Source of the DNA: the human T2T-CHM13v2.0 reference genome, Homo sapiens
Length of the DNA stretch: 64,000 nucleotides
Direction: 5' to 3' (one strand)
NCBI RefSeq assembly: GCF_009914755.1
Contig: NC_060938.1
A model generated the notes under the pieces. The model saw nothing but the letters and a program-made list of their open reading frames with translations, made no database searches and was not told the DNA's origin. This document shows, in pieces, positions 30,256 to 43,686 of the stretch (positions within the stretch are counted from its first letter, which is position 1; the number at the start of each line of letters is the position of its first letter). The position numbers and the translations under genes were made by a program.

Positions 30256-31664
30256 CTGTCCATGATCTTGAAAGACTCTTTTGGGGGGCTTAGCCTAAGA
30301 GAACTAAGTTTAGATCAGCTGACAGGGCCTCCTGAATAATGTTTATTCAGACGTTCTTACTCCAATGGCAGGAAAAAAGAGTTTGTCCTCCCAGTGGACC
30401 CAACCCTTACCTCTCCACATGCCAAGCCTCCCCTTGTTCAGGTCTGGAGGGAAGTGACCCAGGATGTCTCTGACAAGATCCTACCCTAACACTTGACTGG
30501 ACTCTCCGTGAGAGCCTTTACCAGTTTTGTTTAATTTCTTCCAGTTTCTGCACTGCCATGGTTTCCAAACCTTTCATAAAATTCCAGCTCCAAGACAGAT
30601 AAAAATGGTGTTTCTCTTTCTCAGGATGGGTAATTTTATTGTCATTGTCATCTCTCGCTTTTTTAGGATCCAGTATCTGCCGGAGGAGCCCCACCTTCTG
30701 CTACTATTATGTTCTTCAGATGAGTAGAAGAGAGTGGGGAGGGAGAGAGCAGGAAGAAGAAAGGAAGAATAATGTCTTGAAATTGGTAAAAGCGTTTTTG
30801 TTTGCACATCCTGCATTATTAATATTTCTTGTTTAGCATAATTAGCTACCCTCTCAAGCTTACACACAACCTGCAGTGTTTATGCCTTCCGATGATAGCT
30901 AAACCATCAGCAAAGCAGTCCAGGTCCCTGAAGGCTGAATGCAGGTGGTTCTGAAGGCTGCAGGATGCATTCAAAAAGCAGGATACATAAGCTTTAATTG
31001 TTGCTAAAAATACATTCACTAGAAGAATCGGACTCCTTCTATCTGTCTGGAGTGGATAAAAGCCAACTATGGATTCAGTAGTCTAAAGAAAGTCGCAGAA
31101 GAACAAAGAAAAGGTAGACAAATGGGCCCAAATGAACTTCATTAATGAGAAAAAAAGATAACTAATATAAGACAATACCACTTCTCTTTATTCAAATAAT
31201 TGGCAGTCAATTTTACTTGGACAATAACTATGGCCTCAAATGTGATTTCAGGCTCAACAAAGCAGTGCAATTTAAGGTCTATCATGCCTTGTTGTCATGC
31301 TTCACGCAGCCTGGAATAAGTAATTCAATACCCCTTACAGGATCACCAGCTATTAAACCAGGATAAGAGCTTAGAGGCAGAATTACACATTCTATGATAT
31401 ATTATTATTATATAATGTATTATTTGTATTCTATTATTACATGTATACTTCAGTGGCCTGAGTTAATATTTTTCCACCAGCCACTAATTCCATACTCAAG
31501 AGTTATTCATGAAAGAAAAAAATGAACTTTTTTGACCTGTTAGAAATGGGTCAATATGAAAAGAATGTACATGTATGGGAGTGTGTGGAAGTAACTGTCC
31601 TCAATTTGATTAGCAGAACATTCAGCAGGAACTGTGGAAATCCAAGTCAAGTAATATTCTCAAC

Positions 31665-31910
31665 AGGTATTAACATAGTGCTAATTATTTGCTAGATACT
31701 GTTCTCAGTCTTATCTATACATTAATTCATTCAATCCTATAAAAAATCTCTTTGAGGTAGAGACTTGACTACCTCTCATTTGTTAGATAAGGAAATTGGG
31801 ACATGGAGGTTACATAAATCACCTAAGTTCACATCATTAGTATCTGCTGGAGTGAAGGTTTGGACCCAGGCAGTCTGGTTGCAACCATCTGTGTGTTTAA
31901 ACACCACACT
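31665..31910 (-). mobile_element. MIR
   Basis: attaattcattcaatcct...gataaggaaattggg...ggacccaggcagtctgg. Confidence 0.75.
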
Positions 31911-32189
31911 AAATTGCCTCCCAATTCAAAGTTGAATGTTTCCATATTTACAAGTTATCAGGCTTATTTACGCTAAAACAAGTCATTCCTTCCTTTTTAG
32001 TGTACAGAGTGCTTTCACATATATTTTTTCATTTGATCTTTGCATCAGCTTTGAAAAGTAAGCATGGCAAGAACGATTATCCCGATTTACAGATGAAGGA
32101 ACTTAACAAGCATCTTCCCCAATTCCTTTATACTTCTGGCAAGAAAAGTAAAGCTGAATGTCTAAATAATGCCTACACATAAATATTAA

Positions 32190-32850
32190 AATAAGACAAA
32201 CAATTCAATAAGAAATAGGGAAATCCATGGGCAGATGTTCTGCAGATGAAACACATGGCTTGCAAACATTCAAAGAGGTGTTGAACATTATCAGGGAGCC
32301 GGGAAATGCAATTAAGGCCAGAATGGGGTACCAATTCCCATGGCTTTTTCAGGCAAAAATGTAAAAATCAATGTATACCAAGAGATAAAATAGAGCCTCA
32401 GGATCTGTATGTTGCTGATAGAAATGTGAATTTAGAAAAATTTGACATTCTCTACTAAAGTTGAAATTAATATATCCTGTGACCCAGAAATTTCACTCCT
32501 ACATATATCCTCAAAATACATTCTTATACATCAACAAGAGACATGTGCAAAAATGTTTGCATCAGCATTTTCACAGTAGCAAAAAATCTAGAAACAATTC
32601 AAATGTCCATCAACATGAGAGTGAATTAATTCATCGCATAAAAATTCACTTAATGGAATATTAAGTAGAGTTTAAATGAATGGATTATAAAAACGTATGT
32701 CAATATGGGTGAATCTTAGCAGTATAATACCAACTGACTAAAAAGCAAATCTCAAGGTAAATAAGTTGATAGAGAAAGGAAAGCTAAGGAATGACGAGAT
32801 TTGGAGGGAGAGAGTCAGGAGTGTGGGAATTTGGAGGAATTCCATAGGGG
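32190..32850 (+). mobile_element. L1ME-type 3' fragment
   Basis: gtgacccagaaatttcactcct...aaacaattcaaatgtccatcaac. Confidence 0.75.
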
Positions 32851-32853
32851 TAG

Positions 32854-33781
32854 TGTGGCAGGCAGAATTCTTAAATGTCCGCAGGTGACCCACACTCTTG
32901 TATAATCACTTCCCCTTAAGTGTAGGTGGGATCTGTAACTTTCTCCTAACCAATACAATGTGACAAAGGTGATGGGGTATCCCTTCTGTAATTAAGTCCT
33001 GTTGTATGGTAAAGATGAAGGAATTTTGAAGATGTAATTAAAGCCCCTAACAATTGGATTTAAATAATCAAAAGATAAATTACCCTGGGTGGGGCTTACC
33101 TAATCAGGAGAGCCCTTAAAATGAGTTTAGAAGTCAGGTACTTAAAGCAGCAGAAACTCTTTCTCTTCATTGCTGATTTTTTTTTTTACTTTTAATTTAA
33201 GTTCAGGGGTATATATGCAGGGGTGTGATATAGGTAAAATCGTGTCACAGAGGTTTGTTGTACAGATTATTTCATCACCTAGGTATTAAGCCTAGTATCT
33301 TTTAGTTATTTTTCCTGACCCTCTCCCTCCTCCCATTCTCCATCCTCCAGAAGGCCTCAGTGTCTGTTGTTCCCCTCTATGTGTCCATGTGTTCTCATCA
33401 TTTGGCTCCCACTTGCAAGTGAGAACATGCAGTATTGGTTCTCTGTTCCTGTGTTAGTTTTCTAAGGATAATGGTCTCCAGCTTCGTCAATGTTCCTGCA
33501 AAGGACATGATGCTGACTTTGAAGATGCAAGCTTCCACATCTACAGCCTCAAGGAAACAAATTCAGCCAACCAACTGAGGGAGCTTTCCTTGTCCTGCCT
33601 CAAGATGAGATCACAGTCTGCCCAACACCATGATTTAAGCCTTGTGACACCTGGTATGGAAGACCCAGTTAAGTTCTCTCCAAACTCTTGACCCACAGAA
33701 CCTGTGAGAAAATATATGGATATTATTTTAAACTGCTAAATTTGTAGTAATTTGTTATGCAGCAATAAAAAAACTAATGCA
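32854..33781 (+). mobile_element. MLT1E-like solo LTR interrupted by an L1PA fragment
   Basis: tgtggcaggcagaattc...ttgttatgcagcaataaaaaaactaatgca. Confidence 0.85.
33180..33511 (-). mobile_element. 5'-truncated L1PA (about PA10-13) 3' end
   Basis: Poly(T), then ttaagttcaggggt...gcaaaggacatgat. TSD tgctgatttt / tgctgacttt. Confidence 0.92.
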
Positions 33782-35204
33782 AGGAGATATCAATTATTGT
33801 AAAAAGCTTAGCTTTTGTTTTAAAATATAGTTCACCAGTAGTAAGTTACTAATAAGTAACTAAACAAATAAAAGCAAGCCATTTACAAATCAATAATAAG
33901 AGTAAGTCATGAACTAAAGATTGTAATTAATCAATTTCTGTACGCCTGTAATGAAAATAAAGGAGGAAAAGAAAATGAAAGAAAAGAGACCAGGGACCCG
34001 CTCTCTTCCTTTGTCAGGGAGCTCAGATTAGAACTTCCAGTCCAGTGCTCTTTTCTACTATAATTGGTTACCTCCTAATTCAAATTCTAAACACCTAGAG
34101 TCACTAAAAAGTGTTCAGAAATCAATGGTTATGCAAAAATTATATTCAACCCGTGAAACCTTGAGTGAATCAACCCATCTTTCCCCACGCCAAACCTTCC
34201 TATGCCCTGTCTTCTGCTACTATTCTTAGAGAAGAATCTATGAAGAAGACTACAGTCTCCATACTTGTTCATAACCAATACTCTGGTCACAGCAGATTGA
34301 ACCAGAGTAGCCACTGATCCAAAGGCATTTAGTGATAGGCTGGCCAACCACCTATGAAGAAGACTGTGCAATGTTTAGACTAGATGTAAGAGTTGAAAGA
34401 TATCTTTGGGTACATGTCCAAAGCTTATTCCATTTTCTTTTGATGATATATAGGAAAAGAAAAGGCATACATTGAATAGCCCATTCAAACACTGAATATC
34501 CCATGTCTTTGGTTATTATGAAAACAATTCAGACTTCCCCTCACACTCATAGGATATAAAGAGAACAAATAATGAGGAGAAAATAATAGGGACAGCATAT
34601 CCAAACTCCCTGCTGACCATGGCTCCTGCTTAGAGAAACTGAGTGAGAAACTATATGGCAAAGAGTCTTTGAAGGTGAGACATATCCTGCAGCACTCTTG
34701 GTGATCTTGAGAGGCTGGGCAGACTATCCAAAAACGGTGACTGGCTCAAAAGCCTTACCCAACTGGACATTCAGTACTGGAAGACAACTGGCTGATTTCA
34801 TCAGTTCTCTGTTTAGAGAAGACTATTTATTGTTAATGGAAAATAAGATAAGCAGAAATGTGTACACATTAAGAAGACAAAATTAGGAAGCCACGGGTAG
34901 CAGAAGACATGTATAAGATGTCATATGGTAACTGAGTAGAAACAGCCAATAATTGAGCGAAATAAAGACGAGAAGCCTGAGAAGTGGTGATTGGCAGCAG
35001 TAGGAAGTGACTGAGTCACCATATTGGTGCCACAAAAGTAGCTACCAGCTCATGCAGCTGAGGAGATGACCAGACACCAGGGCATCTCAGGTGATCACTA
35101 AGACATTTTTCTCATTTTTCTGACCTCTCCATTGATTCTAAATACAGTCTTCCCTTACTGGAGGTAACACGAGAGTGTCTGTTCCTGTCTCTCACAAGAC
35201 ACTG

Positions 35205-35462
35205 CATAAGGTAGCAATGAAAAGCAGGAGCTCTGGAGGTAGACAGCCCAAGCTTTTACCCAAACTCCATTACTTCCAAGCAATGTCACCTGGCGCAAGT
35301 TCCCTAACCTGCCTGTGCCTCTGCTTCCTCATCTGTGAGATGATAATATTATTAGTGCCTAGCTTATAGGAGCACTATGAGGATTAATTTAATTATTGTA
35401 AAGTGCTTAGAGCAGTATTTTGCACATAACAAGTGGCATATAATAATTTGTTGAATGAATAA
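35205..35462 (+). mobile_element. MIR
   Basis: aacctgcctgtgcctctgcttcctcatctgtgagatg...gtaaagtgcttagagcag. Confidence 0.8.
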
Positions 35463-35661
35463 ACTTGTCAGAGGGGGAACTCTCCTCCCCTACTCCCAAC
35501 TCTCCCTTCTGTGTGGAGGGATATCAATTAGTGTAACGTTCTGTCTGGAGGAGATGGAATCATTCATTTGATTGGAGAGTATATAGGTTAGAATAGGACC
35601 CAGCCTTAAGGGACAGGAAACTCCAAATAATAGTGACTTAAACAAGATAAAGGTCTTCTCT

Positions 35662-35940
35662 AGCCAGGCACAGTGGCTCACACTTGTAATCCCAGCACTT
35701 TGGGAGGCCAAGGTGGATCACTTGAGATCAGGAGTTCAAGAACAACCTGGCCAACACTATGAAACCCCATCTCTACTAAAAATACAAAAATTAGCCAGGT
35801 GTGGTGGCGAACATCTGTAATCCCAGGTACTTGGGAGCTGAGGCAGGAGAATCACTTTAATCTGGGAGGTGGAGGTTGCAGTGAGCTGAGATCATGCCAC
35901 TACACTCCAGCCTGGGTGACAACAGTGAAACTCCATCTCA

Positions 35941-35965
<25 letters not shown>
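35662..35965 (+). mobile_element. AluS
   Basis: Dimer with a long poly(A). TSD aaaggtcttctct / aaaggtcatctct. Confidence 0.96.
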
Positions 35966-35971
<6 letters not shown>

Positions 35972-36326
35972 TAAAAAAGGTCATCTCTCTCCCATAAATA
36001 AACGTTGAGGTAAGCCATCTAGGGATAGCATGATGTCTCCAGGGCCGCAGGTTCTTTCCAATTTGCTTGTCATTCACAAATTCCAGTTTCCATTTCATGA
36101 TCCAGAATGGACACCCCAGATCCACATTCTTGTCAGAAGAAAGAATAAAAACTAGGGAGAAAAGCATGTCTTTACTCTGCCTAAAAATTGAGCACAACAT
36201 TTCCCTTACTTCTGTCCACTTAAACCAAGCCATATGGCCACACCTAACTGCAAAGGAGACTGGGAAATGTAGTCTTTATTCTGGGGAGCTGCCATGCCCC
36301 ACTAAAAAGTGGAAGTTGTATTCCTC

Positions 36327-36374
36327 AAGAAGAAGAAGAAGAAGAAGAAGAAGGAGGAGGAGGAGGAGGAGGAG
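36327..36374 (+). repeat. Compound (AAG)n(AGG)n microsatellite
   Basis: Read directly from the sequence. Confidence 0.95.
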
Positions 36375-37109
36375 AGATTTGAGGGAAGAGGTAGCAGTCC
36401 CTGCCATGGTGAGTTTGTAAGGAGAAACTGAGCATGCTTAATTCATGCACTTGCTAGGGAACAAGCTTATCCTAATCTAGCCTGGCTAGGGGATGTCTGT
36501 CTAATTCTAGGGCTCAGTACTAGGAAGCTGCCTTGGCCACAAATGTAAGCCATACTTTTCCATATTATCTTTCACACCAATAAAGCTGATAGGCTTAGCT
36601 CCATCTGCTAAACAACTTTGTCTTCTTTTCAATTGTTTCAGAGCTCAGATGGAAAAGAATGGTGTTACTGAGACCCTTCAAGATTCCCAGTGTAATTCAA
36701 TAAAGAAAAGGCAACACAAAGGGGTTGTATAGAATTCGCCACATTATGGACCCATGTCATAGAGAGAATCCACGGTGCATTTGTTAGCTGCATTTAAATT
36801 ACAACACTTTCAGATCCAAGATTTATTTGGTAGGCAAATATATCTGGATGCAGCCTTTTAAACAATGCCATTTCACATCTCCATTCTGGAATGGTTTTAC
36901 ACTGAGTGGGATCCAAAGCTTTAGTGTTTATCCTTTAGTGGAGTGAGGATTTTGGGATCTAAATTGACTATTCTCCAACATGTACTGTTTTAACATTTAG
37001 AAAGTGTCCATTTTTAGCAAAATCACAGCTGTGTGAATGTAACATATTGGTGTGGAGGAGGGTTACATTTCAACTTGCTATATTATAAAAATAAGAAAAT
37101 TACTAACTT

Positions 37110-37280
37110 TTAGATCTGGAAGAAACTTACAGATTATTGAGCCAACCCTCCTATTAAGGATGAGAAAGCTGAAGCCCAGAGAGGGAATGTGATATGTCCT
37201 TGGTCACTCAGGCTAATAAATTATAGGATGGCATGAAAGCCCAGTAACTGCTAGTCCAATATTCTTTCTAGCATATAACA
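37110..37280 (-). mobile_element. MIR/MIR3
   Basis: gatgagaaagctgaagcccagagaggg core. Confidence 0.7.
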
Positions 37281-37917
37281 CCATGCAAAACTCTACTTTC
37301 CTCTCTTTCACTGTCCACTGCTCAGTAGCAAGCACCATACTGAGCTCTGAGGATATCTGAGTTGAATCCGATCATGTTCATGATGTGAAAGAGATGATAA
37401 GTACGTGAACAGATAAATGACTACATAATATATTAAAGGCAAAAATAGGCAAATGCACCTATGAGGTGGCAATGAGTGACCAATTAATTATCTTGGTTAG
37501 TGGTGGGAGATGGAAGGTTAACAAAGACTTCTTGATGGAAATGACTTCTGAGCTTAGCTTTTTAAGTCAACTAGAAATTCATCAGGTGGAATACCATCCC
37601 TAAAGAAGCAGTAGCATGTACTAAGGTGCTGAAGCAAGAAACCCCATTTTATTCACTAAAAAATACCAGAGTGCAGTTAGAAAGTAAGTTACCGAAGGGA
37701 CAGAAATAGGAGGCAGCTTGGGCAGGAACCAGAACATATAGACCATTCAGTCCACCCTGGGAGCTAAAAGTTTATCCGTCAATAGAGAGGAGCTTGTTGA
37801 ATGTTTTTGAGCAGACAAAGGTATGACCAGATTGCCTTTGTTATGAGTTGAGGAAAAGGGCAAATTAGTTGAGGCCAGGAGCAGGGAAGCCAGTTAGGAG
37901 ATAAGGTTGAGGGTTCA

Positions 37918-38598
37918 GGCTGCCCACCAATATCCATTCTCTCTTCTTCCATAGGGATAAAAATTTACCTGGATGCAAGGCTATTCAGAATGAAGATTAA
38001 TGATATGGTTTGGCTGTGTCCCCACCCAAACTTCATCTTGAATTCCCACGTGTTGTGAGAGGGACCTGGTGGGAGATAATTGAACCATGGGGGCAGGTCT
38101 TTCTCATGCTGTTCTCATGAGAGTGAATAAGTCTCATGAAACCTGATGGTTTTATAAGGGGGAATTTCCCTGCACAAGCTCTCTCTCTGCCTTTTGCCAT
38201 CCATGTAAGACGTGACTTGGTCCTCCTTGCCTTCTACCATGATTATGAGGCCTCCCCAGCCACGTGGAACTGTGAGTCCATTAAACCTCTTTCTTTTGTA
38301 AATTTCCCAGTCTCAGGTATGTCTTTATCAGCAGCATGAAAACAGACTAACACAATTACATTTCCCAGCTATCCCCTTGCACTGAGATGAGCCATGTTAC
38401 TAATCCTGACAAATGGGATGTGAGTTTAAATTACATGTGAAACCTCTGGGTTTCACAAGAGGAATCTGAACCCCTGCAAAGAAAGAGACCCCAAACAGTC
38501 CTGGATCATTATGTGACAGAGAGAATCACTTCTATCTTGTGTTTTAAAATACTGTTATGTTTAATCTCTGTCATGGCAGTAAAACCTATATTGGAACA
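37918..38598 (+). mobile_element. MLT1I/J-like LTR, host of THE1B
   Basis: gctgcccaccaatatccattctc... continues after THE1B as tacatttcccagc. Confidence 0.65.
38001..38354 (+). mobile_element. THE1B-like solo LTR
   Basis: tgatatggtttggctgtgtccccacccaaa...aacagactaacaca. TSD attaa / attac. Confidence 0.95.
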
Positions 38599-40059
38599 AG
38601 TCCCTAAGGCTGCCTAGGTGAAAGGCGATGGTCTGAGGCAGGAACAGGGTGAATGAATTAATGGAGATAATAGATCTGAGAATAGTTGTTGGACTTATTG
38701 ACAGGATGTAGGAAACAAGAGAGAAGAAGGTGTTAATTGCACCCTCCCGCCCCATATGCTTTCACTCCAAGACTGGGTAAATGGATGGTGAAGTCATCAA
38801 TGAAAAAAGGAGGATGTGGGAGAAGTAAGATTACTTCCAAACATTTTAGAGGAGTTGGAAGTTTGCTGGGAAAAACCTGTTTTCAGTTCATTTGTTCATC
38901 AATTCAAAAAAATTTTACTGACCTCTTACTATGTGTAAGGAACAAAGGATTTTTTTACAAAAAAAAAAATGTTCATTAGCAATAGCGTAGGTTTTTATTA
39001 CAAAAACAATAAAGATGGGAACCTCAGCTGTAAAAGTAGTAAAAATACAGAACTCTGTAGATTATGCACAGATTTGTCAGGCCCTTCATTGCTTGAGCTG
39101 TTTACAGATCATCTAACATCTCACTTAGTGTTGTCTCAGGTTTGCACAAGCAGCCAGCCTGGACAAGGGAAGTGTGTGAGGCACACTTTTAGCTTTAAGA
39201 TTTTATAAAAGCCCACCTGTTTGGAGCTGAGGTTCATATAAGAAAGAGAAGGCCCCTACAGTGAGAAGAATTTCACATAGCCACTCATGTAGTTGTACTG
39301 TAATCCCAAATATCCTTAGGAGAGTCATTCCAAATAAACATATGTACATGTACATTCAGGGCAAAGAGTATGTGTATGTACATTCCATACACTTCAAAAC
39401 ACAGTCCTGTTTAAATCATCTCTGCACATTTTCATAGCAGACTTTCTTTTTGCCCATTTATCCTCCTACATAAGCAGTTTAAATAATCACCCTACATGAT
39501 ATTCTGAACTTCCTGAGTAGAATAGTTTGTCTCATATTGACTAAAAATTCAAAGTATGTCTATATATCAGGAAAGTCATTTAACATTCATGTTAACAGTC
39601 ACAAATGTTAGGCCGCTTCAAACATATCCTACCATAGATTTCTTAAACATAAAATATATATGAAGGAAATCAAACTACTTCACTCTCAGTTTTTTAACAA
39701 ATGGTCTGGGATCATGTTAACTCCTTTGATCTCTGCTTCCTGCAGGGTGGTCTGCTGCTGATCAAATGAAAGTATTCCCCAGCTAAGTCAGACAACAGGA
39801 AAGCATTCATTTAATTAACAGGCATTCAATGCAATTCAATGGGTTATTTCTTAAACACCTACTATGTGTCAAATCCTGTCCTGTGCCTAGGTGGATGCAA
39901 AGGTAAGTAAGATTTAACATGGCTCTGACGCAGGTTCATCGAAGAGCCCTAGGACCCTGAAGGGAAAGGTTAATTTCTTGTGATTGTGATGAAAGGAAAA
40001 AACACTTCCTAAAGATTCCTACGTAAGAGCTAAACTTAGAAAGAAAGAAGGGTGGGAGT

Positions 40060-40191
40060 GAGGTCTCAGAAGAAACAACTGACACCTTGATCTCAGACTT
40101 CTAACTTCCAGAACATTGAGAAAATATATTTCTAATGTTTAAACCATCCAGTCTGTGCTACTTTGTCATGGCAGCCTAGCAAACTAAGACA
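40060..40191 (+). mobile_element. MLT1A/B 3' fragment
   Basis: gacaccttgatctcagacttc...gcagcctagcaaactaagaca. Confidence 0.8.
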
Positions 40192-40199
40192 AGGCATAA

Positions 40200-40350
40200 C
40201 TCTCCAACATTTGTAAAGGAGTGTCAAATACGTCACTGTTGATCTTCACATTAACCCTGCAAGGTACATATTATTATGCGCATTTAAGGAAACTGAGGCT
40301 CATCAGATAAGTAACTTGCCCAAAATCACACATCTACAAGTAGCAGAAAG
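40200..40350 (-). mobile_element. MIR
   Basis: aaggaaactgaggctc...aagtaacttgcccaaaatcacaca. Confidence 0.75.
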
Positions 40351-41454
40351 ATACATAGAGAACTGGGAGCATACTGCACATATTTTTATCTGCCATTTTT
40401 AACTCAGTTGTTTTATCATGGACATTTCCCATATCACTGAAAATCAAAGTATGTCAGTTTAGGTTTGCTTATCTCAACTTTGAATAAGCTGCCTAGGAAA
40501 TCTATGTAACAGAGGAACATCTTGAAAACTAACATTGGAAAAAATAAAAATGAAACATAACTTGTTAAAACCAGCAAGGAATTTAGTGATCACCCAAGAA
40601 GGCCAAACACTATGACAGGTGACAACAAGTCTATGGCACATCCTGGGTCCTAGAAAGGCTGTCCTAGTTCATGTGAATATTCTGGGAAGGACTTTCTCAT
40701 CCTCCTTGACCCCAAGAACTATGGAGGGCTGAACAGGCAGGTTGATCCCTCTCTAGCTCTGGGTCTCATAGAGCAAAGAGGATGATGCTATTAGGGTTCA
40801 CCTCACAGTGTATTAAAGGAGGGAAAGACTTAAAATGGTTTACAGTGAGGTTTGGGAAACATTAGCAATGATTTCTGTGATTTAGAAGATAAAAATAAAA
40901 AATTCTATTCTTGCTTTTTATATATAGATTATCCAGTTTATTCTTGATAACCATTTTCAGAATGACATGGATCATCACTGCAAGACCGTAGGTGTACATC
41001 CAGTAGAACTCAGGGAAGAACCAGTATCACGGAAGAAGAAAGAGAAGAAAATTGATGTATTCATTACCTCTAGAAGCTTACTATCCAGTTGGGGATATGA
41101 CAAATCTTAAAAACAAAAATTGGAAAGAAAAAAGACTTGCTTAAAGTAGCCACCGATTGTTTTTAAAAGACCTAATAAGAATTTGTGTGAATATACTTTA
41201 TAAATTTTGAAGCACTGTAACAGGTTCTTAAACTACTACATGTTTTAAAAATACTGATTTTTTTCTGAGTTTCAGGCACTATTTTGTAATTATTAGTAAC
41301 TAGTGCATGTAAGTTAGCATAGCAGAGTTGAAACTGAGTTAGTAGTTGCCTAGGAGACCTAAAATAAAGAAGCAACTCACGAGAGTTGGAGGTTGCCCTC
41401 GCTCACACTGCCACAAACATTTTTAAACACCACCACGGCTTATGGACAAAGTAG

Positions 41455-41650
41455 ACACGGCACAGGTTTAAACTCAGGGCTGGGGCTGGAATCCCAGCTC
41501 TGCTACTTAGTAGTTATTTGACCTAAGATAAGTCATGAAAATGCCATTGATGATAATAGACCTTGAAGCGCTCTTAAAAGATTTCATGATAATGCATGTA
41601 GAGTACCTGGCCCACAGTCAGGGCACTATAAATGGAAAATCTTATTACTC
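41455..41650 (+). mobile_element. MIR
   Basis: gaatcccagctctgctacttagtag...tgtgacct...ataatgcatgtagagtacctgg. Confidence 0.7.
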
Positions 41651-41659
41651 TTAGGAGCT

Positions 41660-42139
41660 ATTATTAGTTTTCTAGGGCTGCCATAACAAAGTTCCACAAA
41701 CTGGGTGGCTTAAAAGAAATTTATTTCTCACAGTTCTGGAGGCTAGCCATCCAAAATCAAGATGTCAGCAGCGTTGGTTCTTTCCGAGGGCTCCCAGGGA
41801 GCATCTGTTCCATGCCTCTCCTAGCTTCTGGTGATGGCTGGCAATTCTTGGTGTTCCCTGCTTGTAGAAGCATCACTCCAGTTTCTGTCTTCTTCTTCAT
41901 ATGGTGTTCTCCTTGTGCCTCTGTGTCTTCACATAGCCATCTTCCCTCTGTTTCTCTCCTTTTCTTATAAGGACACCATTTGTATGGATTAAAGGTCCAC
42001 CCTACTCCAGTATGGCTTCATTTTAACTAATTATATCTGCAATAACCCTATTTCCAAATAAGATCACATTCTATAGTACTGGGAGGCTGGACTTAAACAT
42101 ATCTTTATGGTGGCAGGGGCCACAAGTCAACCCATAACA
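41660..42139 (-). mobile_element. MLT1B/C solo LTR
   Basis: tattagttttctagggctgccataacaaagttccacaaactgggtggctt...caacccataaca. Confidence 0.88.
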
Positions 42140-43686
42140 ACAACTTAAGTTCAGCTTCTAGTCCCACAAACCAGCCAAGTGACCTTGAATGAAGCACTGC
42201 CTCCGATACTCAGTATACTCAGTATCGTCATTTATAAATTAAGACAATAGTATCTCTTTATAGAATCTCCCATAGAGTCAAAAAAGACTATAAGTGAGAG
42301 TGCTTTGTAAACTATAGAGCATTATATAATTTAATTATAAGTATTTCTATAAAGATTACAGAGTATTTTGATGCCCATTTTATTCTTAGCTTAGCTCCTA
42401 TAACCCCTCTGAATCGTCCATTGCCCCACAGTTCCTTGCTTGCCTTCAACAAACTCAAATAGGACATTTTTTAAATGATTTGTCCTCTTAACTCTAAGCG
42501 AACTAAATTATGCCTGTGTATTATTGGGCTGGGGCAATTGAGTTACCTGACCATTTCCATGAAGTCACAGTGCTAACCTAATGCAATGTGACAGCTTTTT
42601 CCTGTAGCACATTCTTAAAATTTGATTATTCTGAGTAAGAAAATATTCATTGAGAGGCTCACCAGGATTGCACCAGGCCTGTTTAGTATCCATATGTAAA
42701 GGTTAAGCTCCAGGAGTGAGAGCCAGAGGGCAGCTGAGCTGCCATCAGTCATCTTTCTCAGGCTCCAAATTGAGGAGAATTAATGTGTACCTGCTTCTGT
42801 AACCTTCCGCTGCAGAATTAGACCATGAATAATAAAATCCACGATTAGTCATAAATTGGAAGAGATGGGTTTTTTGTACTGCAATAAAACAATTGAAAAG
42901 TAAACAGGCCTTTTATACTTTCATAAAACAGGCACATTAGAGCATCCGAAATAGCCTTCACTTGGGTTCTTCATTACACTGATAATGACTGCATATTGCC
43001 AGTATGTGCCCTCTTAGTGAATAATTTTTTAAGGGCAAAAAACAGAGTACATAGGTATTTGGTTCATTCTCATTAAGTTTTGTACTGAAAAATGTAACCT
43101 CTTTTTTCTATTTTCAGATGATGCATATCATAAATTATTACTCACCCCATGTTCCCACCCTCGAGAGACCTCCAAACAATCACCATGCCACAGTGAACAT
43201 TCAGTAACAAAAATTCAGCCAGGGTTTTCACCAGCATGAATGGCAGTGATTCCAATTAGGAAAACAGAAAGAGGAGAGTTCAGAGCCACCTAGAATGGCT
43301 CTTGCAAGATACGAAATCAAGGCAGCAGCAACAGGGCTGAACATTCCTCATCCCTAACTCTCCCTTCACCAGTAGGAAACCCAGGATAACTGCAATCACC
43401 GCAGGCCCATCTGGCCTGAAGTTCTACTACTAGTAGCCCTCCATGGGACCTTCTTAAGGAAGCATGTCAACTCAGGTAAGGGATGTAAGGGGATGGATGA
43501 CCCTTTGAGGCCAAAGTTGGAGCAAAAAACACCAGATGTTCCTGTGCACTGCTCCTAAGAGATGGTTCTGAAGACCAGTTTGGGGAGAGGTCAAAATACT
43601 GGACAGAATCTCAGCAACATGGAACCTCAAACTAAGTGACAGTCACAGACAACTCTTCCCCAAAGAAAATAAGCACAGACATGGTT

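Larger units (their letters stand above)
35580..36408 (-). mobile_element. MLT1J/K-like LTR split by an Alu
   Basis: aaataatagtgacttaaacaagataaagg...catatggccacacctaactgcaaaggagactgggaaatgtagtc. Confidence 0.75.
37320..38830 (-). mobile_element. L2, interrupted by MLT1 and THE1B
   Basis: L2-like sequence at 37320-37910 (ttgaatgtttttgagcag...atgaccagattg...ggaagccagttaggag) resumes at about 38600-38830. Confidence 0.65.

Noticed and set aside
34238-34365. 14-bp direct repeat ctatgaagaagact flanking 100 bp
   Set aside because: It looks like a TSD, but the enclosed sequence has no poly(A) or recognisable RNA or element ends, so I cannot support an insertion.
36067-36420. ORF with poly-Arg
   Set aside because: It is the translation of the (AAG)(AGG) microsatellite within an MLT1.
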